Part shown: piece by piece, positions 1-11,672 of the stretch
How positions within the stretch are numbered: the first letter of the stretch is position 1
How the letters are laid out: every line of letters begins with the position of its first letter
DNA from: Geosiphon pyriformis uo1
Taxonomy: Eukaryota > Fungi > Glomeromycota
Reading direction: 5' to 3'
DNA length: 64,000 nt
NCBI GenBank assembly: GCA_016748015.1
Contig: JAAOMT010000474.1
Coordinates: forward strand, 1 to 64,000
Position numbers and translations under genes: made by a program
Notes under the pieces: model-generated
What the model saw: the letters and a program-made list of their open reading frames with translations, nothing else
Databases searched by the model: none
Told to the model about the DNA's origin: nothing

Positions 1-512
1 ATTATTTTAATAAAAATTTTTTTTAATAATAATATATTAAATAAGTTTTAGCTAAATATTCAACTAAAAACTAATTTCAAAAATCTTGAAATTCTAGATT
101 AAACTGTTTTTTAACTGAAAAACAAATAAAACAAAATAAAAAAAATAAGTTTAATATATATTAAATTATTTAATAATATGTTATAAAATAATCTTGGTTT
201 TTTTGTGCTAAAAAAAATAATTATCTATTGTTATTAAAAAAATTTTATTATTTTTTTTTGTTATTATTAATGCTATTTTGCTGTTAATTTTGTTGTTAAT
301 AAAAACTAATAAATTTTTAATAAGCTAATTTTTCTTTTAAAGTATTTTTTTAAATTTTAAACAGTAAATATTAATAAAACTTATAATAGAATAACCAATT
401 TTATGTCAATTATTTTGTTTAGTTACTTTGCAATAAAAATTAAAAAAATAAAGAAAAAAAAATTATATGTTCAAAAAAATTGGTTTTAGTTTAGACTTGA
501 AAGTATTAACAG

Positions 513-1403
513 TGTTACAGATAATTATTTGGGGTCTCAAGTCAAATAACAAATTTGTAACTTGGTGCTTAATTGGTACTCGAGTGTTGATATCTGAAGG
601 TTTTGGTTGTGGAGTTCTTTGTATAATGGACAGAGATTTAATAGTTTGTTTTCAGTAGCCTCCTAGAATCACAATTTCGTTGAATTTCTTTCTCAGCATG
701 ATGGCCAGTAATCCTTCTGGTAAGCTATTCTCAAATCTATGAGTGTTCTACCCTTGTTTCACAGATCTTTTACCAGTCCTTATGACATCTGTATCTCAGT
801 GCTTAATCCTTAATCAATTTAGTAAAACCAAAGAAATATCAAAAAAATAAATAAAAAAAAATAAAAAAAATAAACAAAAGCAATTACAAGTTAGTATCTC
901 ATCAATAGCCATAATCAAGAGCTATTGTTCCAGTATAGTTAAGTATTAATTACTATTAACATAAAGTGTTAATAGTGGAGAGTGGATTTAGATGGTGAAT
1001 AATTTATTTATTTAATATTTGTAGATGAAAGATTTCTAACTTTAGGATTCTGTCTTTTCTACTTCTAATGCTATTGCTATATATACATAATTGATGTTCT
1101 ACGAGATTGCTTACATTCCTGAGCAATGTGCTATAATTTCTTAAGCAATGCTTACATTGCTGAGCAATGTGCTCTAATTTTCTCATATTGCTCTACATTG
1201 TTAAGCAATATGTTATGTTTTCTAACATTGCTCCACATTGCTGAGCAATGTGCCATGTTTTCTGACATTGCTTCACATTGCTGAGCAATGTGCCATGTTT
1301 TCTGATATTGCTTCCCATTGCTGAGCAATGTGTTCACGTGTTACATACTATTTGCTTATTGGTCTATTATTTCTCTATATCTGTTTTCTTTCTATGAGTA
1401 ACA
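513..1403 (-). repeat. 3' LTR of Ty3/Gypsy element A
   Basis: TGTTAC...GTAACA termini; homologous to LTRs at 2395 and 11673; minus-strand purine tract (AAAAAGAAGGAAATAA) abuts it at ~1404-1420. Confidence 0.9.
1115..1335. repeat. ~40-bp tandem array with palindromic core CACATTGCT-G-AGCAATGTG in U3 of LTR A
   Basis: Cores recur at a 40-bp period (e.g. 1235, 1275); about 5-6 units. Confidence 0.85.
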
Positions 1404-1417
1404 TTATTTCCTTCTTT

Positions 1418-2053
1418 TTAATATTGAGCTCTGTCAAAATCTTCATTTTAAATTAGCTCCAATACTTCTTTTTCTAGTATTGTTTGTTTGACTTTATTTT
1501 TCACGTCTTTTACTTGTATATTGTTCATTTTTCTCCATTGATTAATGGTTATGGTTTCCATGTCAGAGTGTAACAGTATTTTTGAGTAATTCTGAAATAT
1601 GTTGTGCAGTTAATAAATTGTTCTCATATGTAGTGTCGAGTTCGTTTTTTTCCCAATAAATTTTTCAATTTGCTGTATTATGTTTTGGTTAAATATTCTC
1701 TTGGATTTGTCAATATACAACTCTTAAATATTCAACTTTCGATCTAACTAGTAGTAACAATATAATATTGGAAGTTGTTCTGTCCATTGCTTCCAATTCT
1801 CTTTTGTAAGTTTTTTTGTTGGTGCCATAATAGGTATTTTCCCAAAAGTGTTCTTTACTTTTTCTATTATGTTATCTGACCAGTTTTTATCATTCTTTGG
1901 TGGTCGCTGATATGGTGTGTTCTTTGTCTTTCTTTGGGTGTTTTGATAGCAAATTATTTGTTTGTTAATAACAATTTCCATGTTTAACTATTGTTCACTT
2001 AAAGCCTGGAACAATTGTTGAGCTATAGTGTAAATATGATTTGATACTTCCAT
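1418..2053 (-). pseudogene. ORF-X of element A (extra 3' ORF, unknown function)
   Basis: ATG at 2053 (MEVSNHIYTIAQQLFQ) is in frame with the stop at 1418 (DFDRAQY*); 212 codons; homologous to ORF-X of B. Confidence 0.7.
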
Positions 2054-2394
2054 TTTTCTTGGTTGCTTTTGTCATGTATACTGTGTTTTTATATATTCTT
2101 TTGGTTGTTCAATTTGATGTGTTTGGTTCAATAACTATGATTGGTTCCAGATCTTATGAAATCTCATTTGGTTGAACTAGTATTCTTTGTACTCCCAGTT
2201 GTGAAATGTTATTGGTAGATAATGATGTTATCTGGTGATATGGTTTTAGTCAATTACTATGTGCTGCTTTGGCTAAGATTCTGTTGTTTCATCTTAATTT
2301 ATAAGCTCTATTTCCAAGAATTTCTTTAATGTGAAATGGTCCGTCCCATTTGGGGTCAAATTTTTCACTCCATTGTTGTTCTGCTTTAGTACAA

Positions 2395-3248
2395 TATTAC
2401 AGTTGATTATTTGGGGTCACAGATCAAATAACAAATCCATAACTTGGTGCTCAAAAGCTACTCGTGTTGTTGATAATATCTTTAAGTGGTTAGTATCTGA
2501 AGGTTTTCCAAATAAGTCCTTTATATAATGGACAGAGATTCAATAGTTGTTTTATCTGTAGCTTCCCAGACTTACAAGTCTGTTAATTTTTTTCTCGGCT
2601 TGGTGGCCAGCAATTCTCTGGTAAGTAATCCGTATCTTCTGTACATGTCCTACCCACTCGCAGAGATTTTTTACCAGGCAATCCTTGACATCAGTAATCA
2701 GTGCTTTTAATTAATTGGTTAATGCACAATAATAAAATCAAAGAAAATAAAAAAAATAAAGAAATATAAAGAAATAAGCCAAGACAATTTGCAACTTTAG
2801 TATTCCGTCAATAGCCGTGATCAAAAGCTATTGTTCTAGTGTAATTAAGTATCAATTACTATCAACATAAATAGTTGATAGTAGACATAAGTTTTGAGAT
2901 AACAAATAGTTATTTATTAGATGATTGTGATTTAGAGAGTTGCTTCAATTAAATCTAAACTGAGAGGTCTGTTTTTTCAGCTTCTAATCCTACTGCTATA
3001 TATACATAATTGAGATTCTTCAATTCCTCAATTCTTCACAACAAGAATCCTGGAATTCCTGGAATCCTGCAATTCCTTTGAAAAAAATCCTGGAATTCTG
3101 AAATCCTGTGATTCTTTGTGAAAATTCTGTAATTCCTGGAATCCTGCAATTCCTGAGAAAAATCCTGGAATTCTACATTTTACTACATCTACTTCTGATT
3201 GGCTAATAATTATGCTAATATATATTCTCTATATTTCTATGAGTAACA
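2395..3248 (-). repeat. 3' LTR of element B
   Basis: T(A)TTAC...GTAACA; direct repeat of 11673-12509; PPT at ~3249-3263. Confidence 0.92.
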
Positions 3249-3261
3249 TTATTCCCTCTTT

Positions 3262-3891
3262 TTAATATTGAGCTCCATCAAAATCCAACTCTTTTAATTC
3301 CCTCTCTTGAAATATTTCCTGAATTTTGTTTTCGAGAATTACTTGTGTTATTTGAGTTTGTAATTCTTTAAATTAAGCATTGGTAATCTTTTCTAATTGA
3401 TTACTGATAACTGTATTTATTGCTTTGTTGAGTAAAATTTCTGGTTGATCTTGAAATGCTGTGTGAATTCGGTATATAGCTTGAGCTTGTGTGGATAAGT
3501 TGTTTTTCCCCACAAAATGTTCTAGTTGTTGCAGTATTGTTGTGTCAAATAACCACTTTGTTTTATCCATATATAAGTTCTGAATATTCACGTGTTGTCC
3601 TAAGTAAAAATAACAATAGTTTCTTGAAAATTGTTGTATCCACCAATTCCAAGTTTTTTTAGTTAACTCTTGATATATTGACTCTTTTGTCAATTTTTTT
3701 ATTGCTAGTTTTACTTTTGCAATGATTTTGTCAACAATATCTTCTGGTTTTTTCTGTTTTCTGTGTTGTAATGTTTTTCTAGTATCTTGATATCAAATGG
3801 TTTGTTGATTGATTGTAATCTCCATTTCTTGGTGTTGGATTAATTGAAAGAGTTGTTGTATTAATGAGTGGATATTGTCAGTGATTTCCAT
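3262..3891 (-). pseudogene. ORF-X of element B (extra 3' ORF, ~209 aa, unknown function)
   Basis: ATG at 3891 (MEITDNIHSLIQQLFQ) is in frame with ORF 3373-3693 and with the stop at 3262 (ELDFDGAQY*). Internal stops look like TGG>TGA and CAA>TAA decay. Confidence 0.75.
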
Positions 3892-3924
3892 TTTTCTGGT
3901 ATCTTTTGTCACATTGACCATGTC

Positions 3925-3932
3925 TTTATATA
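3925..3932 (-). promoter_or_regulatory. Putative TATA box (TATATAAA) upstream of ORF-X
   Basis: About 35 nt upstream of the ORF-X ATG; same motif and spacing in element A (2088-2095). Confidence 0.5.
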
Positions 3933-3950
3933 CTCTTTTGTTGTTCAATT

Positions 3951-5326
3951 TTACATGTTTGGTCTAATGATTATGATTGGTTCCAGGTCTCGTGGAATCT
4001 CATCTGGTTAGACTAGTATTCTTTGTACTCCCAGTTGTGAAATGTTATTGGTAAATGCTGATGTTATCTGGAGATATAGTTTAGTCAATCACCATGTGCT
4101 GCTTTGGCTAAGATTTTGTTGTCCAGTCTTAATTTGTAAGCTTCATTTCCTAGAATTTCTTCTATGTGAAATGGTCTGTCCCATTTGGGGTCAAATTTTC
4201 CACTCCATTGTTTTTCCGTTTTAGTATAATGTAAAAATACTTTGTTTCTAATCTTGAATTCAACTGGTTTGTCTGGTAGTTGGTTATCATGTCTCTCTTT
4301 TTGTTTCTCTTATGTCTTTTTAATGTTATCAGCTGCTTTTCGTCACTTGTTTTCTAGAGTTTTCATCAAATCATATGTTTTTCTTAGTAATGTTTCCTGA
4401 AAATTGTCTACAGTTATTGGTTTTGTTGGATAAGTGTTGACTTCTATCTTGACTGGTAGTGTTGCTGTTCTACTGTATACTAATTCAAATGATGTTGCTT
4501 GTATAGTGTCTTGTTTTATTGTTTGATAAGCAAATAGTATTGATAGTATAAACAAATTCTATTCATCTTGGTTTTTTTGACTGATCTTGGCAACTGCTTC
4601 ACACAGTATTCTATTGAATTTTTCAACTAGTTTATTGGTTTGTGGATGGTATGGTAATGACAATAGTCTCTTAACTCCAAATCTTTGACTTAGTTCTGTT
4701 AGTGTTTTGTTCACAAAGTGAGTTCCTTGATCTGACAATAATTCTTTTGGACATCTGTGTTGGCAGATCAACTCTTGATAAATGAATTTGGCAATGGATT
4801 CTGCATCCACTCTTTGAATTGCTTTTGCTTCTGGCCATTTAGTAAAATAGTCCATGGCTACTGCAATGTATCTGTTGCCTCTGTTGGTAATTGTCAATGG
4901 TCTGACTAAATCAATTCCAATACAGTTAAATGATTGTCCCACTTTGATTGGTCTCAATGGTTTGCTGGGTCTTGTTCCTCCTCTTCTTTGACAAGCATTA
5001 CAATTTTGCACATATTGGATGATATCTGGATACATTGATAGCCAATAGTATCTTTTTCTGGTTCTTTTCATAGTTGCTTCTTTATGAAAATGTCCTGCAG
5101 TTAGATCTGAGTGCATATTGAACAGTATTGTCTCTTTTTCTGGTTCTGTAATTACTCTGGTTGGTTAATCTGAATCTTTTCTATTTTTCCAATAAAGTAT
5201 ATTTTGATGAGTGATAAAATATTTTGATTGTTGTTTGATACTCTTTCGTTCCATTTGAGATAATTTCTCTTTGAACTGTTGAGTATCTATATAGTGTTGA
5301 AGTTGTTGATATTTTTGTGTGTTCAT
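3951..5326 (-). pseudogene. Integrase of element B (HHCC, DDE core, GPF C-terminus), separate ORF
   Basis: Starts MNTQKYQQLQHY; H..GH..C..C motif, GIDLV, LSDQGTHF, YHPQTN.LVE, FDPKWD.PF; no chromodomain seen. Confidence 0.88.
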
Positions 5327-5387
5327 CTTTTGTTATATTTTCGTGAGTATTGTTTTGTTTTTGTTATATTTTTGGGTTAAAATGTTC

Positions 5388-6720
5388 TTAGATTTGTCTT
5401 ATTTGTGACAAACTGTCAGCATTTTCATTGTCTTTTCCTTTCTTATAGTGTATAGTATAAGTATATTGTGAGAGTGCCATTTTCCATCTGGATTGGTGGC
5501 CATTATCAAATTTTTGCTTTTGAAGTGATGTTAACCCTTTATGATCCATGTATATATCAAACTTTTGGCTCAAGTATTCGTTCCACTTCATAACTGCCCA
5601 ATAGATTGCTAAATGTTCTAGTTCTGGTGTTCTATAGTTCTTTTCGGCTGGTGTTAGACCTTGGCTGGCATATGCTACTGAATGTTCTCTACCATCTGGT
5701 TTCTTCTGAGATAGTACTGCTCCCAATGCTTGGCCTGATGCATTGGTGGTAATGATGAATGGTTTGTTATGATCTGAGTAGATCAGTACTGGAGCTTAAA
5801 TAAGCTTTTTTTTCAGAATATCAAAAGCTTCTTGTTGACTTTCTGTCCATTCATATTTGGTATTCTTGGTTTGCAAATTATTGAGTGGTTGAGCTATCTT
5901 TGAAAAGTTTTTTATAAAACATTGATAATAGCTTGTAAATCCCAAGAATGATTTCAATTCAGTCACATTGGTTGGTACTGGAAAGTTTTTTACTATCTCT
6001 ATTTTTTCTGGATTTATTTTGATGCCATTTTTGTTGACTATGTGTCCTAAAAATTTTAGTTCTGTCTTGCTGAAGAAGCACTTTGTTGCATTTAACTTTA
6101 GTTCTGCTCTTCTTAGCCTTTTGAACACTTGTTGAAGATGATGAAGATGATCATCAAATGTTTTTGAGAATACATTGGTGTTATCCAAGTATACAACTAC
6201 TGATTTTTACAATAAACCAGTATAAATGATTTCCATTAGCTGTTAAAAAGTGGCTGGGGCATTGGTTAAGCTGAAGGGCATTACTTTAAATTCGAAATTC
6301 TTTTCTCTAGTAGTGAATGCCATTTTCTCCTTGTCGGCTGAATTCATGGCTACTTGCCAATAACCACTATCCAAGTCTAATATTGAAAACCATTTGTTTC
6401 TACTGAAAATGTCAAATAATTTTTGTATTTGTGAAGTTGGATAACTATCTCCACAAGTTACACCATTAAGTTTTCTGTAATCCACACAAAATCAGATTTT
6501 TCTATTCTTTTTTTGGACGAGTACTACTGGTAATGACCATGGGCTCATAGATGGCTGGATTAGTCCATTGTCAAACATTTGATTGATCTCTTGACGAATG
6601 ATTTCATGGCTGGCTAATGGTACTCTGTATGCTTGGTATTTGATTGGCATTGCATCTCCAGTCTTGATTTGATGTTGGATGATGTCAGTTCTGCCAAATT
6701 TGTTTTTGCTAGCAAAGATG
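5388..6720 (-). pseudogene. Reverse transcriptase + RNase H of element B
   Basis: SPW..PVVLV.KK, DYRKLN, LDLDSGYWQV, VMPF.L.NAPATF, YLDN, FLGH; RNase H GAVLSQ, ELE.LA, DHK.L, NADSLS. Confidence 0.92.
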
Positions 6721-7220
6721 TCATTGAAATTGTTGAGTAATATTTTGAGCTGCATACGTTGTAGTGGGTCTAAATTTCCCATGTTTATTTGTTCTAATTG
6801 TTCTGGTTGGAGCAAATAACATTTGTCTTGTCCATAAATTGTTTGTGATGTGATGTCGACATATTTACAAAGTTGTGGAAAGTCTGGAATGGGGTTTGGT
6901 GGTTGGTCTTCTATTTCTGTGGTTAAATATTTGATGGTGATTTCTTTTGGTATGTTGATAATATTGCCAGTGTTATTGTAAATGGGAATTTTTATGTGGC
7001 TATAATTTTTGGCTGGTATGTAGAGATTGATCAGTCCAATCTTTCCTGATTCATAAAGGTTTGCTTCAGCTTCAAAAATCTGTTTTTGCTCCTTTTCTTT
7101 CCTTTTTATTGCTAGCATGTACTGGCTATATGGTGGAATGGAAATAGTTTGACTGGTTGAGATAATTTCTCCTTGGCCAATAATTTTTTCTTCCGCCATA
7201 TTAACTGGTATATCTATTCT

Positions 7221-7640
7221 ACCCGTTGACCCAAATTCCTGTATTTCTCTTGCTGTTATTCTTAACTCTTTCCTATTTCCCACTGGTACTAATTGAGCTA
7301 TCTTAACCAAAAGTAAGAATATTGCCTGTGCTATCTTTTTGTTTGGCTTTATTATATAGGCTTTTTCTGAATTATTTTGTAGCATAGCAATGATATTTCC
7401 TACATATCTTGCATCAATAATTTTTCCTCTTATATTAATCCCTCTTTTTGCTAAACTACTCTGGGATGCTAGTTGAACCATTGTTGTTGCTGGGATTTCC
7501 AGCACTATTTTCAGATCAATGCAGGTGCGCAAATATGGTTCCAATTTGATGGCATCTTTTCCTAAATACCTCAAGTCAAATCCAACATCAGTATTATATG
7601 CACATTCTGGCATAATACCTTCATTATTATCACTGAACCA
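7221..7640 (-). pseudogene. Trimeric-type dUTPase domain in pol of element B
   Basis: Decayed motifs I-V: DVGFDL, SQSSLAKRG (RSS), IIDARY.G, KIAQAI, REIQEFGSTG. Copy A reads DAGFDL, SRSSL, RGIQGF. Confidence 0.88.
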
Positions 7641-7889
7641 TTTCAGTTCTTGTTTCTTAGTAAGGTCAGGAAACACAATATATTGTTCATAGTTTGAGTT
7701 AGAGTTTAAATCTGAGTTGATATCATTGTCATTGTCATTGCCATTTTGAATGGAACTGGAACCATTATTCTCATCATCATTGTTGTTGGAGTTTGAATCG
7801 GGATCGAACAGTGATTCCAACTCCAATGCACAGCTGCTGGTTGGTTCTTTCTCTTCAGAGATCATATAGATCATGCATGGTAGTGGATT

Positions 7890-8560
7890 GTAAATGAGGT
7901 CACAATTATTACAATATTTAAAGTCACTGGGAATTAAACAATGGCAACACAGTCTTGTATTCAACTGTGCTAGCCATTGTTCTTGCTCCTTTTGAGTGGG
8001 TGCTAAGTTTTGGTAGTGTTCATAGAACTTGTCTGGTTCCAGAAAATTTATGACTGGCTCTGTGTCCCAGTCAAGCTCAATGGGTTCTGATGGGTTGTTT
8101 TTAATTGTTCTGATTTCTTCTGACAATGCACCTTCAATTTTGGTGATTGCCATTCACCATAATTCATCATTGTCATGTGGACAACTGTCCAATCGCTGTA
8201 CAGCTCTTCTCCAGGCAGCTTCTATTGGTGTCTCTTTCTCGACCCAGTCACTGATGAGGATTGTGTATTGGCAGAAAACTTTACATGTTTCTCCTCTTCC
8301 AGGAATGTCATTCCACATTCCTTTGTCGAGGAGAGTTTTTCCACAGGCTAAACATAGTGTATTATTCCATTTTCCCACTCGTTTTGGTCTTCTAAAATGT
8401 TTGACAAGGCATGTGCAGCAATAGAACTTGGTTGCTGTTTGATATTCTTTGTCGTCACCACAGCATGCACTTATTGATGACAATTTCTTGTCACAATCAA
8501 TGCACACTAGTTTGGGTCAGCAATAGGTGAATGGTTGTGGTATTGTGTGTTGATAGGAGG
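7890..8560 (-). pseudogene. Cys-rich putative zinc-binding region between protease and dUTPase
   Basis: CIDC..ACC..CCTC..CLAC..CKVFC..CCHC..CNNC; also present in element A. Confidence 0.6.
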
Positions 8561-8879
8561 TATACGAATTTGTTGGCAGTGGTTTTTTTTTTTTCGCTTT
8601 TCCTTTCCCTTTGTTGCTTTCTTCTCATTCTCAGCTTGGTGTTAGTTCCCTTTCACCATTGTCGGTTCAGGTCAGGTTGTCCGTTTCCCAGGTAAAGTTT
8701 TTTTTTTTGCTTTCCTTTGGAGTTGTCATCCCATGATAGTATTGGTGGCAGTTCGTTGTGATCAACATCAGCCCATAATACTTAGTACACCTTCCAAGTA
8801 GACTTTAGTTTTTTCTCTTCGAGATTAATAAGCAGCACTGATATCATAATGTTGTCAGGTTTGAAATGGCCACATGTTG

Positions 8880-9330
8880 TCAGTACTCATGTGTGTTGGC
8901 TATTTCGGCTGAGCTAGAGCTTTTGTGTGGTCCAGTTGAGGACAGCATTGTTTTTAGACAACCAATTATTGCCCACTAGTGCTTGGTATTGGGTTGCTTC
9001 CATTACCAAGACTTTGATGGGAGTAATAATGCCATTAACTTCAATTGAGAAGTCATCAATTTCACCAATAGGCATTTTTGTGACACCATCAGCAGTGATG
9101 ATTCTAGTGCTGACAGCTTAATCAACTCGGTGACCTAATTGATTCATGAATTGTTGTGTAATGATGCTGCTTGCTGAACTACTGTCAAGAATTAACTTGA
9201 TAGAATGGCCATCGACTTTTGCATCAGTGTACATGGCAGTAATGGGTTTTTCTTCCAGAACTGCTCCACTGAATAAGGGGACTGACGTAACTTCCTCGAG
9301 TTCAAATGAAAGACTCGTCATTGATGACAA
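8880..9330 (-). pseudogene. Retropepsin aspartic protease of element B
   Basis: LILDS(S/G)SA.SII catalytic motif; downstream ALVGNNWL (G-x-D/N-W-L). Confidence 0.8.
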
Positions 9331-9849
9331 TTACTAGTGGGATGTTGTTGGTAAGTATTGTTGATTGTTGATTGAGTTCTGGGTTGTTGGAAGTAATGTC
9401 TTCTGGGATAACCAGAAGACTTAAATAGTTCTGAGAATTCAGGTTTTGGGTGGAACTGATACCCGAATCTCACTGACGAGATCCTGTTTGTTGGCCTAAT
9501 GAACTGGGGATCAGTTAATGAACAACCATTGCTGATCTCCAGTTTTGGGTGACTCTGGATCTTGGATTTCTTTACATCATTGTAGCTGAGTTTTGGTGTG
9601 GCATTTGAACTTGTTGGGGTTGATAAATTACTTGTGGCTGCAGCTGATAAATGACTTGTGGCTATGGTTGATAAATTGTTGGTGGCTGCAGCTAATAAAT
9701 TGGTGGTTGATATATTGTTGGCTGATAAATTGGTTGCTGTGTCATAGACAAGTAAGCGTTTTGATATTGCTTTTGATTGGATTGGTGATTCGGAGTCTGA
9801 AACTGGCAATCGGAGTTTCGATAATGATTTTTCAATCATAAGTTGCTAT

Positions 9850-11640
9850 AAGTATGGCAGTTTGTTCTAATATGCCTTTGTTTACTATAGTTGTAGCAGA
9901 CATGTATTTCTGGCTGTCATGACTGATTAGTGGATAATCCTGGATGTGATTGATTCTGGAAATGATTCACATTTCCTAAATTATTATGTCATTGGAGTGG
10001 CTGATAAATTGCACAATTGTCAGCTAAGTAGCCCTCTAATTTCTGATTGATGTTATTACTGAATTGTTTTAGCTTGGAATCCAGGTCAGATGATTTATTC
10101 ATTACTAAATTCACAGCTTGGGCATGGTTAGCTTCTAACTCGGCTGCTTCAAAATCTCTAGCATGAGTCACAGTGGTTGGGAGATTAACTGGATGCATTG
10201 ACGTACTTGCTGGAGGATGCTACTGTGCAATCCTTAGATAAATTGGTTCAAGATCTGTGGCACTGTAAAGTAGTCAGCTTGGATTGCCTGAATTTGGCAC
10301 AGATTTCTATAGAAGCATCCCAAGTAAGTGGTGACTGCTTCTGTGTCTTCTTGTTTGATAGTGGTGAAAGTACTTGCCAAGCAGTTGATGCTGTTGTTAT
10401 CACTAAAATACCTCAAAAATTCTAATTTGAAGACATTAAAGTTTTGAGGTTTCTGGGCTAGACTGTAATACCAAGAGTCTGCTGTGTTTTTGAGAAAATA
10501 GGGGATAACTTGCATGGTTCTGGCATCATCCCAGTTATTGGCAGTGATTGCTTTGGCAATGTTATTAATCCAGGCTTGAGCGTTGTCCTCTTTGTCAGTA
10601 AATTTCTTGAGTTTGGTTATTGGTGTGTATGCCATTGGATCTAAGTTGGGTTGTGGTGATTGTAGAAGTAGTACTAGTGACTGTTGAATCTGCTGGTGTG
10701 GTTGTTGTGGTGGCTGGCCAATCGGTTCAACTGGTGGTGAGTTAATGACAATAATGGGAGGTAAGTCCAGTTGATTAATTAGATTGGAATTCTAATTGTT
10801 CTGATTTGGCAGTAGTTGAATATTCAGAGTTTCAATTTCCAGGTTTTCTAAATTTAAATTTTGCTGGGTTTGAAAATTTGGTGTTTTAACTTCCGAGTTT
10901 TTAGTGATCAGATTCTGGTAAGTAAATTTTTGATCTTCCAATTTTTCTTTCTCTTCTTCTTCAGATAGTTCCCATGGGGTAGCAGTTCCAAAGTCCGGTT
11001 GAGATGGTAGTGATTGAATTTCTGATGGCATTGGTGATTGCAATTTAAATCCTTTGAAGTATTTGCTGTATGGTCCTAATAATTCTGTTTTCCTTTGTTT
11101 ACTTTGGAATAGGAATCATTCAAATGCTAATGTCGCATTTGATGTGGACATGCCTGTTGATAAAATGTTGATGGCACTTCTGGGTATATAGTGATAAGAT
11201 GGATTGGTTGGTGATTCAACTCTTGTCTTCTTCCAAGTAGGTAGTTGTATCTTTCTGGGAGTTACTGCTGGTGTTTGTAGTTTTTTTTTGCCTTTACTAG
11301 TGTATGTAATTGGATATTTTTGTTGAGTGTAATGTTCAATTTCTTTGTTGATTTCAGTGATAATGGATGCAAAATTATGATTTGTTGGTAGGTTGGTGTT
11401 TTGAATTAATTCTCTATAGAAAGTTTCCCTTGCTGGTTCAGTATTCACTGGTGTTCCTAACAAAGAGAAAATCTTTTCATTAACATAGAAATTAAAGGCT
11501 GATTCGGCAGATATATGATTGTGGTTTAATCCCAAGTGTTAACAATAGTGTTGAAATAAAGATTTCGCAAATCCTAAATAGTTTGCTCCTATATTTTCTG
11601 ATTCTGCCACTTTTGGATGGTGTTTGTTAGTGCTGGTTCT
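9850..11640 (-). pseudogene. gag of element B (long N-terminal extension, retrotransposon capsid domain, CCHC knuckle)
   Basis: KF..EDNAQAWI..NNW.D..L..TA..W..F..F..Q...E.V.Y; decayed knuckle CYNYSKQRHIRTNC at ~9855-9900. Confidence 0.8.
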
Positions 11641-11653
11641 CTGTAGGATTATA

Positions 11654-11670
11654 CCTCACAGAGAGCACCA
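11654..11670 (-). promoter_or_regulatory. Primer-binding site TGGTGCTCTCTGTGAGG
   Basis: Starts with TGG 2 nt from the 5' LTR; complement CCTCACAGAGAGCACCA resembles an elongator tRNA-Met 3' end. Confidence 0.8.
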
Positions 11671-11672
11671 AA

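Noticed and set aside
1115-1340. Palindromic 40-bp array as CRISPR, or ORFs 1004-1337 as genes
   Set aside because: Inter-palindrome segments are near-identical and the array lies inside an LTR; the ORFs are by-products of the repeat.
3262-3891. ORF-X as an env glycoprotein or chromodomain
   Set aside because: No signal peptide, transmembrane helix, furin site or chromodomain aromatic pattern is visible.
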